A stretch of DNA of 64,000 bases from positions 2,790,001-2,854,000 of the forward strand of contig NC_079239.1 in NCBI RefSeq assembly GCF_027921745.1. The letters run 5' to 3'. The DNA is from Schizosaccharomyces osmophilus. Lineage: Eukaryota. Made by a program: the position numbers and the translations under genes. The notes under the pieces were generated by a model. That model was given only the letters and a program-made list of their open reading frames with translations, was not told the DNA's origin and made no database searches. This document shows, piece by piece, positions 32,534 through 43,106 of the stretch. How positions within the stretch are numbered: position 1 is the first letter of the stretch; every line of letters begins with the position of its first letter.

Positions 32534-34096
32534 ATGGCAGAAAATTTCCATTTCATTCCCTCTGTTATAGACGGTTTCAACCCAGATCAGCGAGAGGTAA
32601 TTCGTTACTGTTTAAAGAAGAATATTACTCGTTCAGTGAAGATACCCGATATTGCAAGTTATACATTATACGAGAATGGTTTGACCTATACTGAAGATAA
32701 TTATGAGTCCTTATTGCAGGCAATAATAAGCTTGGCTCAAGGTTTTGTTGGAAGTAATAACATCAATCTTTTAATGCATGTTTCCGAGGTTGGCAACCGT
32801 TTTGACCCCAAGGTTCCGAACACAATACAAGGGGAAGCTACAGCATATTATCTTTGGACCCTTCTTTCTCCTATAGCTAGGAAGTTATTCAGACCGGAAG
32901 ACGATCCTTTAGTCACTTATCAGAGGGAGGGAGATCAGCTGGACAAGTCTGACTTTTACGTACCGATATTGCCAATGATTCTTATTAACGGCGCAGAGGC
33001 ATTTGAAGCGGGTTGGTCTACCTGCATTCCAAACTTTAGCCCTAAAGATGTTGTTGCTAACTTGAGACGGCTTTTGAACAATGAACCTTTGCTGGACATG
33101 TCTCCTTGGTACCAAGGATTTCATGGTAGTATAGAAAAAGTGGCTTCGAAAGAATACAGTATGAATGGTATAATCAAACAAATAAACGAATCAAAAGTGG
33201 AAATAACAGAACTGCCTGTCCAAATGTGGATTCGAGACATGAAGCAATTCTTAGAAGAAGGAAAGACAGGAAGTGATATAGTCCAGCCATTCATCAAAGA
33301 ATACGAAGAATACCATGATTTGAGGTTTGACATGAATAGTGTACACTTCCAAGTAACCCTGACCGAAAAAGGAATGAGAGAAGCTTTGGCCGAATCCTTG
33401 GAATCTAAATTCAGATTAGTCCGCATTCAGACTATCAGCAATATGGTGGCATTGGATTCATCAGGGAGAATAAAAAAATACGATTCCGTTGAAGAAATTC
33501 TATATGAATTTCTTCGAGTTCGTTTAGAGACCTATCAAAGACGAAAAGGATATCTCATTGCTGAATTAGAAAGTCGCTATAACGTATTATTCAATAAGGC
33601 GAGATTTATTCAAATGATTACGGGAAATGAACTTATGATTTGGCAAAAGAAAAGAAGCACGCTTATAGTCGAACTCCGTGAAAAAGGGTTTCAGTCGATT
33701 TCAAAATCTGATTCTAAGAAGAATCGCGAAGCTAAGAAAGTAGTTAAGCGGGCTCGAGAGGATGGCAAAGATCCAATTGAATCGCTCGAGGATTTCTCTA
33801 GTGGTTTTGATTATCTTTTATCCATGCCAACCTGGTCCTTTACTTATGAGAAATATTCAGGGCTCTTGAAGAGAAGGGATGATATTGAGCGAGAGATTGA
33901 GTCTTTGAAAAATTTGGATATTAAAGAGCTATACTTGAAAGAATTAGAGGAATTTGAATGTGCGTGGAATAAGATGGATGAACTAAATCACAAAAATAGT
34001 TTGGGTGATTTTTGCCCTTGTAAAAAGTGTCGACAAAAGGAATGGAAGAGATTTAAGAGCGAACAGTTTCGATGGCCGAGTCGTTGGCAGCGGTGA
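32534..34096 (+). CDS. Truncated DNA topoisomerase II paralogue: breakage-reunion (GyrA/ParC-equivalent) domain only, 520 aa
   Basis: Colinear Top2 motifs: IPSVIDG..P.QR, LAQGFVGSNNINLL, YVPILPMILINGAE, PWYQGFHG, VEITELP, SNMVALDSSGRIKKYDSVEEIL, NKARFI and DYLLSMPTWSFTYE. I found no GHKL ATPase or TOPRIM coding sequence upstream. Confidence 0.92.
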   Translation: MAENFHFIPSVIDGFNPDQREVIRYCLKKNITRSVKIPDIASYTLYENGLTYTEDNYESLLQAIISLAQGFVGSNNINLLMHVSEVGNRFDPKVPNTIQGEATAYYLWTLLSPIARKLFRPEDDPLVTYQREGDQLDKSDFYVPILPMILINGAEAFEAGWSTCIPNFSPKDVVANLRRLLNNEPLLDMSPWYQGFHGSIEKVASKEYSMNGIIKQINESKVEITELPVQMWIRDMKQFLEEGKTGSDIVQPFIKEYEEYHDLRFDMNSVHFQVTLTEKGMREALAESLESKFRLVRIQTISNMVALDSSGRIKKYDSVEEILYEFLRVRLETYQRRKGYLIAELESRYNVLFNKARFIQMITGNELMIWQKKRSTLIVELREKGFQSISKSDSKKNREAKKVVKRAREDGKDPIESLEDFSSGFDYLLSMPTWSFTYEKYSGLLKRRDDIEREIESLKNLDIKELYLKELEEFECAWNKMDELNHKNSLGDFCPCKKCRQKEWKRFKSEQFRWPSRWQR

Positions 34097-34805
34097 AATT
34101 TGACTAGGTGAAATCTGAAAAAGGAAATGATGAAACAGATGAACTTAAAAGGCTTCCAAATAAAAGAAAGTTTGGAAGCAAAACATTTGACAAAGGCATA
34201 AGGCATTCTCGAGTAAAGGACTTACTCCTCACGTTTCCTCTAGACAGCAAGAAACAGCGTGCCTCGTTCATCATTAGTTTTCAACTCTGGCAAATAGTAA
34301 TGAATGTATCGTTTTGTAAAGCTATTTTCTAGTAAGCATTTAGCCAAACTTCATGGTGTATATACTTCATTGGAACCAAAACTTTCTTAGTTATGAAGGA
34401 AGAGAGAAAATTAATATTTCTTAGTTTTTCCTTCTGAATAACGAAAAACAAAAAACGTTTTCAACTGGCTTTGATAAATTAACACTTGACTATTCGAAAA
34501 ACGCGTGCGGAAACAAATCTTTTGATATGCCAACATTACAACAAAAGGATTTCCATTATATTTTAAAATTCTTTGGTTTCTCAACTCGTAAAACAAAAGG
34601 ATTTCTTCTGATTTCGCGTCCTTAAGTTTGTTTACATTCTTACCCTATAAACAAATACTATAAATGAAAACAAACGCAGCATAAATACGGGAAATAATAC
34701 ATAGATTAGCTTTTATGTTCAAAAAGAAATCAGTAAACCAATCTTTAATGTATGCTGTTTTCCTATATGCACTCTGATTTCGTTTGTTTATATCTGATAT
34801 TGGAT

Positions 34806-34815
34806 GTAAACAAAC
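34806..34815 (+). promoter_or_regulatory. FLEX element (GTAAACAAAC) followed by TATA-like TATAAG at 34832; further reverse core TGTTTAC at 34629-34635
   Basis: 10/11 match to extended FLEX GTAAACAAACA, 87 nt upstream of ATG 34893. Confidence 0.55.
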
Positions 34816-34892
34816 CCATTCTTCTCCCATCTATAAGCTCTTGGGCAACTCAGCAAAATTATCAATTTCTTTTAATAAAATCTGTCATTATC

Positions 34893-35165
34893 ATGCAGAG
34901 TTTTGTCCCGCAAACGTATATGAAACTTGCTTTTCAGCTTCATCCTGATTTGGACGAAAGAGATTGCCTAGCAGTACAAGCCATGGTGCAACTGGTTTCC
35001 TGTTGGAGACAAAATAAGATTCAATCTGAAATTTACTACAATCAACATTCCATGAAAAAAAATCCTGCTCGCTGTGAAGTATATCTGAGACGTCGCTTTC
35101 GAAGCAGAAAGTCCCAAATTCAGCATTTAAAAAAACAAACTTTCAAACCAAACCATCTTCCTTAA
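34893..35165 (+). CDS. Small basic orphan protein (90 aa), putatively meiosis-induced
   Basis: ATG-initiated ORF MQSFVPQTYMKLAFQLHPDLDERDCL...YLRRRFRSRKSQ..., preceded by FLEX and TATA-like motifs. No family recognised. Confidence 0.45.
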   Translation: MQSFVPQTYMKLAFQLHPDLDERDCLAVQAMVQLVSCWRQNKIQSEIYYNQHSMKKNPARCEVYLRRRFRSRKSQIQHLKKQTFKPNHLP

Positions 35166-35571
35166 ATTGTCTCAGTCCCCTAAAACAATCAAATCCCTTA
35201 TGAGCAATGCTTAATGCCTTCTTCTAATGGTAAACAAAATTAACATTCACGACCTTTCTTTGATCATCATCATGTCTCCCTAATTCGAATAATAACGATG
35301 ATCTTTCATGTTCATTACTTTTGGAAAAAGACCCTACTTGTCAGTATTCCTTCGTTCTCTTGTTGATTCCGAATCGTGCAGTTCATTTCCTCCTTTCACT
35401 ATTATTTATTGCTATATTCTTTCTTTCTTTTACAAACTTCATTATTAATCTTTTTTTTCTTCTTTGTTTCAATTCTCAAACTCAGTCTGCTTTTGATTCT
35501 ACTTCTTGAAAGCTCCGTTCGTTTCCTACCAAATCCATTAAGCCTACCAATACCTTTCTTCCGGCCCGAAA

Positions 35572-35980
35572 ATGTCAAAAACAAGAGCCCAATCTGCTTT
35601 AGAAAAGCTAATTCAATCTCAGAGAGATCCTCAATCACAGAAAGAGGGCTATTTTCAACAGAAACGACTTGCAAAGAAGGAACGTGCTTTTGAACCCGAA
35701 AAAATTGCTCTAGAGGAAAAACGGAAACAAGAAGAGAAGCAATCAGAAGTTCTTAAATATTTAAAGAGAACCATGCGAGTTGAAGATGCCGAGAAAGCTG
35801 TCCATGATATGGTAAGTCTTTTTTTTTTTTTTTTGGAATCGGAATGAGAAGGGAACGAAAGAACTAATAGATTTCTAGATATCCAAAAAGAATGAATCAA
35901 ACAAGAAGAGAAAAAGAAAAGAGAAAAAGATAAATGACGACGATTACGGCGTCTTCGAAGATGACGGCCTTGTTCTATAA
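35572..35980 (+). CDS. Small Lys/Glu-rich, probably nucleolar protein (113 aa; exons 35572-35811, 35879-35980), loosely Rrt14-like
   Basis: A GTAAGT..ACTAAT..CTAG intron joins MSKTRAQSALEKLIQ...AVHDM to ISKKNESNKKRKRKEKKINDDDYGVFEDDGLVL-stop. The family assignment is a guess. Confidence 0.7.
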
Positions 35981-36488
35981 TGCACCGTTTCTTGAGCGTC
36001 ATTGATGTTGATTTTCTTTTTCTTCATACATATTCATTTTTTATTTATAATCAGGTAAAAGGGTTGTCTAGGAATATTATCTTTGCACATAATTGCTTGT
36101 ACGTATTAATGGTAATATATTCCACACCTGGGTTTATTTGTAGCCAAGATCATGAAGCGGAAAACAATTACCTGAAAAACTTTCTCTTTCAATAGTTGGT
36201 TAGTACAATTACTGTTTTGCTTACGGTACTATTGTCCGTCCATTACCAAATGAAATACACAAAGTGGGTAAACTGGAAAAGATTTGGAAATTTATACAAA
36301 TTATCCTACTATTTTATAAGAGAAGGGAGTAAAGATAGAAATTCAGATAAAAATAAGGATACAACCATTCAGTGAAACCTTTTTTCGAGTCGAATTGGCA
36401 TTTTTAATTTGAAAAGGAATCTGAAAAGGAACGTTATCGTATCACATGAAGGTTGTACGAGGCAAAGAAATTGTCATAAAGGCCAGAC

Positions 36489-37337
36489 TTAAGCATTAAA
36501 TGCAAGAGAAAGACCGGCCTTGTGAGCAGGTTGACCTAAGCGTTGGGTATCAAGTTGAAGACCAAGACCGACGGTAACACCGGGGCGAATGTTCTGGAAG
36601 TAAGACATAGTAGCGATACCAGCGTTGTTAATCTTGCTCTTGACAAAAGTGTCCTTGTCCAATTGGTACTTAGAAGCCAGTTCCAAAGTGACAGCATTAG
36701 CAGTGGAAGCAGCATCCCAAGTAACGTTACCACCAGCCTCAGCTTGAGAACTAACACGGTGGTAGTAGCTAGCGCGGAAAGCGCTAAGGTTGTTGGAAGC
36801 CTTCAAAGCTAATAAGAAGGGAGAAGCCTGGTAGCCAATAGTAGCAGCATACTTGGAAACACTTCCCTTTTGAACATCATAGCCAAATTCAGCACCAGCG
36901 AGGAAACCTTCATGACCAACGGTGAAATCACCAACGAACTTACGTTCCAAAGCGTTAACGACAGCATGACTGTGGATCAAAGGATGCTCGTGTTCCAAAT
37001 TGAGAATGGCAGTCTTGTCAGCAGTAGCAGGGCTGAAAGTGGTGTTGACATTGACATGAAGACCTTGAGCAAATTGGTTGGTAAGGCCGATCTTAGATTC
37101 CAAAACGTTGGCAGTAGTCCAGCCTTGAGACATGGTCAAACCATTAGCCTTGTCAGAGAAGTTGGTTTCCAACTTGCCAGCGATGATGCCCTTGGCATCT
37201 TGATTACCGGAGACGTTGAATACAACACCATTAGGAGCGGTGGTACGAACATTCAAAAGAGTAGCTCCGATGGGGAAGTCACGTTGCAACAAATCATTGC
37301 AGAGCTTGTCAATAGCAGCGTAAGCGGGAGGAGCCAT
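36489..37337 (-). CDS. por1: Mitochondrial outer-membrane porin (VDAC); probable 5'-UTR intron at 37449-37355
   Basis: [58 protein letters not shown] and HKAGLSLAF motifs, with strongly biased codon usage. Confidence 0.96.
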   Translation of the reverse strand: MAPPAYAAIDKLCNDLLQRDFPIGATLLNVRTTAPNGVVFNVSGNQDAKGIIAGKLETNFSDKANGLTMSQGWTTANVLESKIGLTNQFAQGLHVNVNTTFSPATADKTAILNLEHEHPLIHSHAVVNALERKFVGDFTVGHEGFLAGAEFGYDVQKGSVSKYAATIGYQASPFLLALKASNNLSAFRASYYHRVSSQAEAGGNVTWDAASTANAVTLELASKYQLDKDTFVKSKINNAGIATMSYFQNIRPGVTVGLGLQLDTQRLGQPAHKAGLSLAFNA

Positions 37338-39019
37338 GATAAATCGAGTATTAGCTAAACCGATGTTAATACGGCTTCTTTCCCAACAAATAACCAATTA
37401 AATGTATTTTTCATCCTTCTCAATGACTTATCATCTGGAAAATACTTACTTCTTGTGATAAAAGGAACCTTTGGTGGTTTCTGGTGTGATGTAAAGGACA
37501 AGTTCAGAAACCCCCAGTAGGACCTTTACATATATCCATATTCCCAACCTTCGTTGCACAACCATAAACACTTACGAAATAGCATTCACCTTTGCAACTG
37601 CTTATAACGGATATTAATCCTTTTTTTTTTTTTTTTTTCATACTTTGCTCTCATGTTAATATGTGAGAGAGAGAAAGACAGCTTTCCTCCTCGGTCACGG
37701 AAATAATACTAAAAAGGTTGGATATAAGTTAAAATACCGTAAGTAAACTGGGTAATCAATAGGTGGGTTTCACTACAATCCTACTGATTGTATCAGCTCT
37801 AGTTTGAGCATGAATACATGAGAGAAAACTTCATACTTGTAAGGTTGTCGATCTCAGATACATGGATTAATTAAGCCGCTTGGTTTTACAAACGGATTAT
37901 TAAGAACCATGTTGATTAAGCTGATAGGATTCCTATATTGCTTCTCAGTGAAAAATAGTTGCTTTCAAGTCAGATGCCGTTCTATTCTATAATCTTTAAA
38001 TTTCGTTCGCTTTATTCAAGGTAACGAAAAGAAACATTATACTCTTTATGGTTATACATACAGACCCATAACTGACCCGTAAACGCGAACAAGTTCTTGC
38101 TTGCACACGCTGTATTAAGAGATATTTGTATTCTCCTGGTTTCACTAAGGAAAGCTGAAGAGCTATAAGTTTCGCAGGGGAAATGGATGAGATGCAAAAC
38201 GGTAAAACAGACATTCGAATTGGAAGGTACTAGTAAGGAGATCATATGGTCAAGGTTGAAGCAGTCAAGACCAAGGTTTGAACGATGCCGATGTAAATGT
38301 TGCTGGTATGATTCCTGGATTAAATAGACGAGCGGCGTCGGTGAATAGCAAGCTATGGCTGCATCAATTCCCTTATGATTGGGGGTGTAAGGATTTGAAA
38401 GGCAAGGACAGCTCCAAACGGCTTTTACGATGAAGTCAACGATAGCAGCTCCCGAAGAAGGTGAAGAAGCAGCAATAACTGTCGGGATCAAGCAGTTTTG
38501 GTAGCTTTTACTGGAAGAAATCAGTAAAGCAGAAAGATGACACCAGATTGATGATGAAAATATAGGAATGCTTGAATGAAACTGCAAGAAAATAGAGAGA
38601 AAAGAGACGTGGAGGGAGGATTGGTCTAGATAAAACAAAGGGTACTAAAATTAATATTACTAGATTAGTTCCTACAGTTCGCAGCTGCAAAACTCAATGA
38701 ACACGGAAATGGCCCTTGCTTTACCACGATATGAAACGTCAGCATTGCGGCCGAGAACTCGAGAAGCACAAATGACAATCTGAGACCTAGAAAGAGACAC
38801 ATTTAATTTTGAATAGAAATATGAAAAGAAGAATGAAAGAAATGGTGTTTGATACTTTTTTGAAAAATAAAGCAATGGAAAGGAAGGAAATATGAATTCG
38901 AAGCGCAACTTTCTCCTTTGACATTTCTCATGCAAATAACGGCTTCCAATGCCTTTGATGCTTACATGACGTCCCGTGGCTTGCGCATTTCTCCTGTGTT
39001 TCTTTTCCTTCTCACAACA

Positions 39020-39552
39020 TTCGTGTCTCTTTCGATCCCCCATATTGAAGGCATTGACCTGCTATGAACAGTTCGAGGAATTTCGTATCGCTCTCGTTGA
39101 GCATTAAATCATTTGCTTTCCTAACCAAAACAGTCTGCCTCTTCAGACTCAGTACAACATCACCCATGTGTTTAACCCCGAAAGTTTCACATATGGCCAT
39201 GGGAATAGCTCCAATAGGCAAAATTAAAACTTTCTTTGGCAGAATCCCGTAACCGGTAAGCTTGCTGTGCCGAAAAGATTAGCATTGACCATCCAAAGGT
39301 TCTACCACTGTCAACGATGACCTTGCAAAGGTTTGCGAAATACTATACAGTAACCAGCCCGCCATCAATCCAGAGCGTGTTTATTACCATGGCTGGAAAT
39401 AGGGTGATTTCGTAATTTTCCACAATTGCGGCCTCATTCATCGCATTACAGGTGTCTATGATGATAATCAAACACGAGTCTTTTATCAATGAAAATTGGC
39501 TGCTTCTCATCCTCCTGCCGGACCTACCGCTGAAGAAATTGCTTCCATATGA
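39020..39552 (+). pseudogene. xan1: Fragment of alpha-ketoglutarate-dependent xanthine dioxygenase (XanA/Xan1, TauD family), disabled
   Basis: Translation across frameshifts and stops gives KIKT..WQNPVTGKLA..AEKISIDHP..DDLAKVCEILYSNQPAINPERVYYHGWK*GDFVIFHNCGLIHRITGVYDDNQTRVFYQ*KLAASHPPAGPTAEEIASI*, matching the XanA C-terminus (W..GD.V.FHNR...H motif). The 5' boundary is approximate. Confidence 0.8.
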
Positions 39553-41056
39553 AACAGCTGTTCGTATGCCAGTTCTGTTTTAGTAAACCCAAAGTTCGAC
39601 ACAGTTCGTTAATATGGCTTGTTTTCATTTGTTGCTTGTGTTGCGTCGTTTTGTTTTTACCTGCATCAGCTTGTCACATAATTCCCTTTCCTTTATTCGG
39701 TACGTCTTATGTTTACATATATGTGAATTTTCAGTATTGATTTTCAACAAATCTTGTTTATTTGACCAAAGCTCGCAAATACTTCAATGTGAAGTATCTG
39801 AGACCAGAAACATGGTTTACATAGCTCTTTGTATTTATAACTATAGAAATAACATACATGACTAAGAAATCAGAGAATAAGCTTTCGTAATTCAGAAGTT
39901 ACCTTTTCTTGAGTTGGTTACTTTACGTAGTAATGTATACCATAATATAACTTTTTTGGATTTGTATTCTAATTGTCACAGACGGGATCTTACTTATTAT
40001 GATAATAAGCATTCAATTCAAATACAATTCCTCAATAAATTGTAAATTAATTTCCACTGAACTTATTCTCAAAACAAGTGAGATCTCGTCTAGGACAATA
40101 TTAGTAAATAGTATTGTTTTAAAGAATGTGTAATATTACAAAAAGTAAATAAATGTGTAATTCCAAAGTCCTTAAGCAAAAATAAAAAAGTATACGCTCT
40201 CGGATACAAAGTTCAAGATTCCGTTAGTTGATTATTGAAAAAGGTAGATAAATCCTTCAGTTTATATCCAGAATGTTCAAATCAGTCACATCCTCTGATT
40301 TGAACAAATGAGATTAACTTCCTACTGCTATCCTTTTTACCCAGCTCATAGATATTACTTTTTTGTGCTCACGTAGCGTTACTGGTCCTAGTTTTAACTG
40401 CTACAAGTGTTGCTGTTATGAACACCCTTACTGGAAATCGAAAGGATTACCTTTTGCCGTAGATTGCAATTCTGAGCGTCAGTCATAGAGAAGAAAAAAA
40501 CAAACGATTCAGGTGTAAGATTTTTTAATATCTGTATAAGCGTCTGTCCCATCCCCATTGTTAAGTTTCATCCGTCTATTGATGAAAAACGCAAACTGAG
40601 GTTCATGTTTGGCTTTAACCAAATTAGGCAGTAAAGAGCCATATGTTAAAGCCTGCCTACCATTATTTAACGCTTGATTAATCATGTCAACCTGAATGGG
40701 CCAAATTCCGTCGTCGGCTATGACACCGGTACATTTACTGTTAACCACTATAGTAAATTTATTTGCAACTCTCCAAGTATGACTCCTAGTCATTTCATAG
40801 AAGTCAGAAACACAGGCAGAATAAATAACAAGATTCAAAAGGTAATCAATTACCCATAGTGTTCGGCGTGGATATGACATGTTCCAATTCCTAGATAATA
40901 AACACACACAAAACGAAATATCTGAAGTAATGCATTGTATTGAATTCTCAAATAACTAGTGAAAGCTTTCTATAAAAGGTCGGTCACCCAAATAAATAAT
41001 TTATGTACGAAGAAAAAAATAAAACATCACGAGTGCATCATCATAAAGCCTCCATC

Positions 41057-42601
41057 TTAACTGCTTTCGCTAGTTTTGGTAAACGCTTCATCCTCTTCAA
41101 TGTCATGCTGGTGTTTTTCATCACGGATTTCTTCAATAAGTTGATGGCATTGAGTTAACAAGGAATTTACTAATTCCTGACCCTCGGGAACTGAATTATC
41201 TGACGCCAAAAAGTATCCATTCACCCGTAACTTCTCAAGTGAAGCCAGTTTCATCTGATAAGGATATAGATCTCTTTCTGAGTAAATCCCTCCACTCCTT
41301 TGTACCTCTTGTAAGCAACGCTTCACAGTACGTAACTGGTTGTGAACAGCCATCAGTTCCTCAGAAACGGGTTCACTGGCAGATAACAATTGGTATATGT
41401 ATGCATAGCATCGTCTTAATAAGTAAAGTAAAATCTAAAATCATGTTAAATCTTCGAAAATAATGTGTTTTCTCGTAACATACCCGTTGGCCAGCAGGTG
41501 CATTACCATTTTCGTCCAGGAACTGACCATCACTTCGCATAGAGTCTATTTCTGCCAACGATGCTCTGTAAACGTACAAACTAAAGAATTGTTAGATTTT
41601 TCCTCAAAGAATAGCAATTTTACATACTCAGTTTCTCTTAACGTCCATCGGTGTGTCAACGTAAGGTGTTTTAATTTACTCAACAGTTCATCAAGACGAC
41701 TATAGATTTGCTGAAATTTGGGGCTGCTTTTCATCTCATCTGTCAATCCTTGCTTGGATTTTGCATCTTCCAAAAAGCTGAAGCATTCTTCCAAAATCCC
41801 ATTGCATAATTCTTGTCCTTGTAGTGGTCTGCCCTGGTCGTCAACGAAATTGCCATCGATATCTCGCATTTCTTCAATCTCCTTTAATTGTTTCATCAGA
41901 TGATCAATAAAATCTCCATCCGTCGTTGGTCGTACAGCGAAGCCGTCAATTTGGCGACGAATAGACACCAACCGAGTTTGAATTGTTGTAAGTTCTGGTG
42001 CAATCTTCGTAATGTTGCTTTGCGCTTCGCTGTAATTCTTGTCACATTGTTCAAGCTTGTTTTTTAGGTATTTTACTACAACAGAAGAAGCGTCTTCTCT
42101 TTGAGCACCTTCCAAAACAGCAGTCCGTATTCTTTCCAACCGCTCCTTTAAAGGCTTCAGATCATTTTGAGTATAACAAGCACCTTCCAAACTATATTCC
42201 AACAAGCGCCTTACTGTGCCTAGCTGCACAAAGAATGCAGGCAGATCATTGTTCCGACCAATTGCCAGATAAAACAACGACAGTAAATGTAGACAATCCT
42301 CTAATTGAGTATCCACAATATTACGGATTTTATCTGATGTCCTTCTCTTGTCTATTAATTCCACTAAAGTCGTTAATGAACTGTACATTATGAATTGTTA
42401 CGACCAATCCCTTTGAATTCCTTCAGTTTCCTGTAACTTACATTGCTCCACTAACTGATTGTATAAGTTAAAAACATCATTTTTATCGATGTATCGGGTA
42501 CGATCCCGCTTTAAAACAGCTAACCTCTGACGAATTCCGATGAGTTTCTCCAAAATAGGTTGCTCTTCCACCGGAACAGGGACCGCTGGCTTATAAGACA
42601 T
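41057..42601 (-). CDS. Conserved fungal UPF0662/DUF2408 (YPL260W-like) protein, about 4 exons
   Basis: VPVEEQPILEKLIGIRQRLAVLKRDRTRYI, LLSLFYLAIGRNNDLPAFFVQLGTVRRLL, LTLTHRWTLRET and SEPVSEELMAVHNQLRTVKRCL...RDLYPYQMKL lie in consecutive minus-strand ORFs separated by intron-like gaps. Confidence 0.85.
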
Positions 42602-43106
42602 CTTTCACTTAATTTTCTTTCTATCTTCAATTGAGAATTCCTTAAACCTTTCTATAATGTAGCAATTAGGATATCCAGTCGTAGTTGGTAAAGGGCATGT
42701 TACACAAGTTGTAAGCTTTCGCTTATACGAACTGAACCTCGTCAATATTCGATTTGGAAATTTCAAAAAATTAGATATTTTACAATAACAGTAGAAGAAC
42801 AGTAGAATTTTAATACTAACATTTTATTAATAGCCTCTTCAAAAAAAATTACCTTCTATTTGCTTTACCAAACAAAAACCATACCATCCGAGCTTATGAA
42901 TATGTATCTGACCAACAATTCTGTAACACAAGTGAAAATACAAACAAAAAAGGTCTTTTTAATTCTTCAAAATATATTAAAAGAGCTGCCTTAATAGGAG
43001 CAATGAAATAATGGATAAAATCAGTTGAACTAGAAGAATGAACATGATGCAAAGTGTGAGCACATTTTGATGGAGTAAAAGTTCAAAAAAGATTATTTCA
43101 TTAACA

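Noticed and set aside
34108..34332. Lys-rich ORF just after the half-Top2 stop
   Set aside because: GTG start and a different frame; at most a frameshifted remnant of the Top2 C-terminal tail, not supportable as a gene.
36870..37358. 162-aa antisense ORF over por1 (and similar antisense ORFs over the Arc1-like gene, ade2, mug157 and dhc1)
   Set aside because: Shadow frames expected from biased codon usage on the coding strand.
40283..40290. Homol-D box CAGTCACA
   Set aside because: No ribosomal-protein or other supported gene start at a suitable distance; probably chance.
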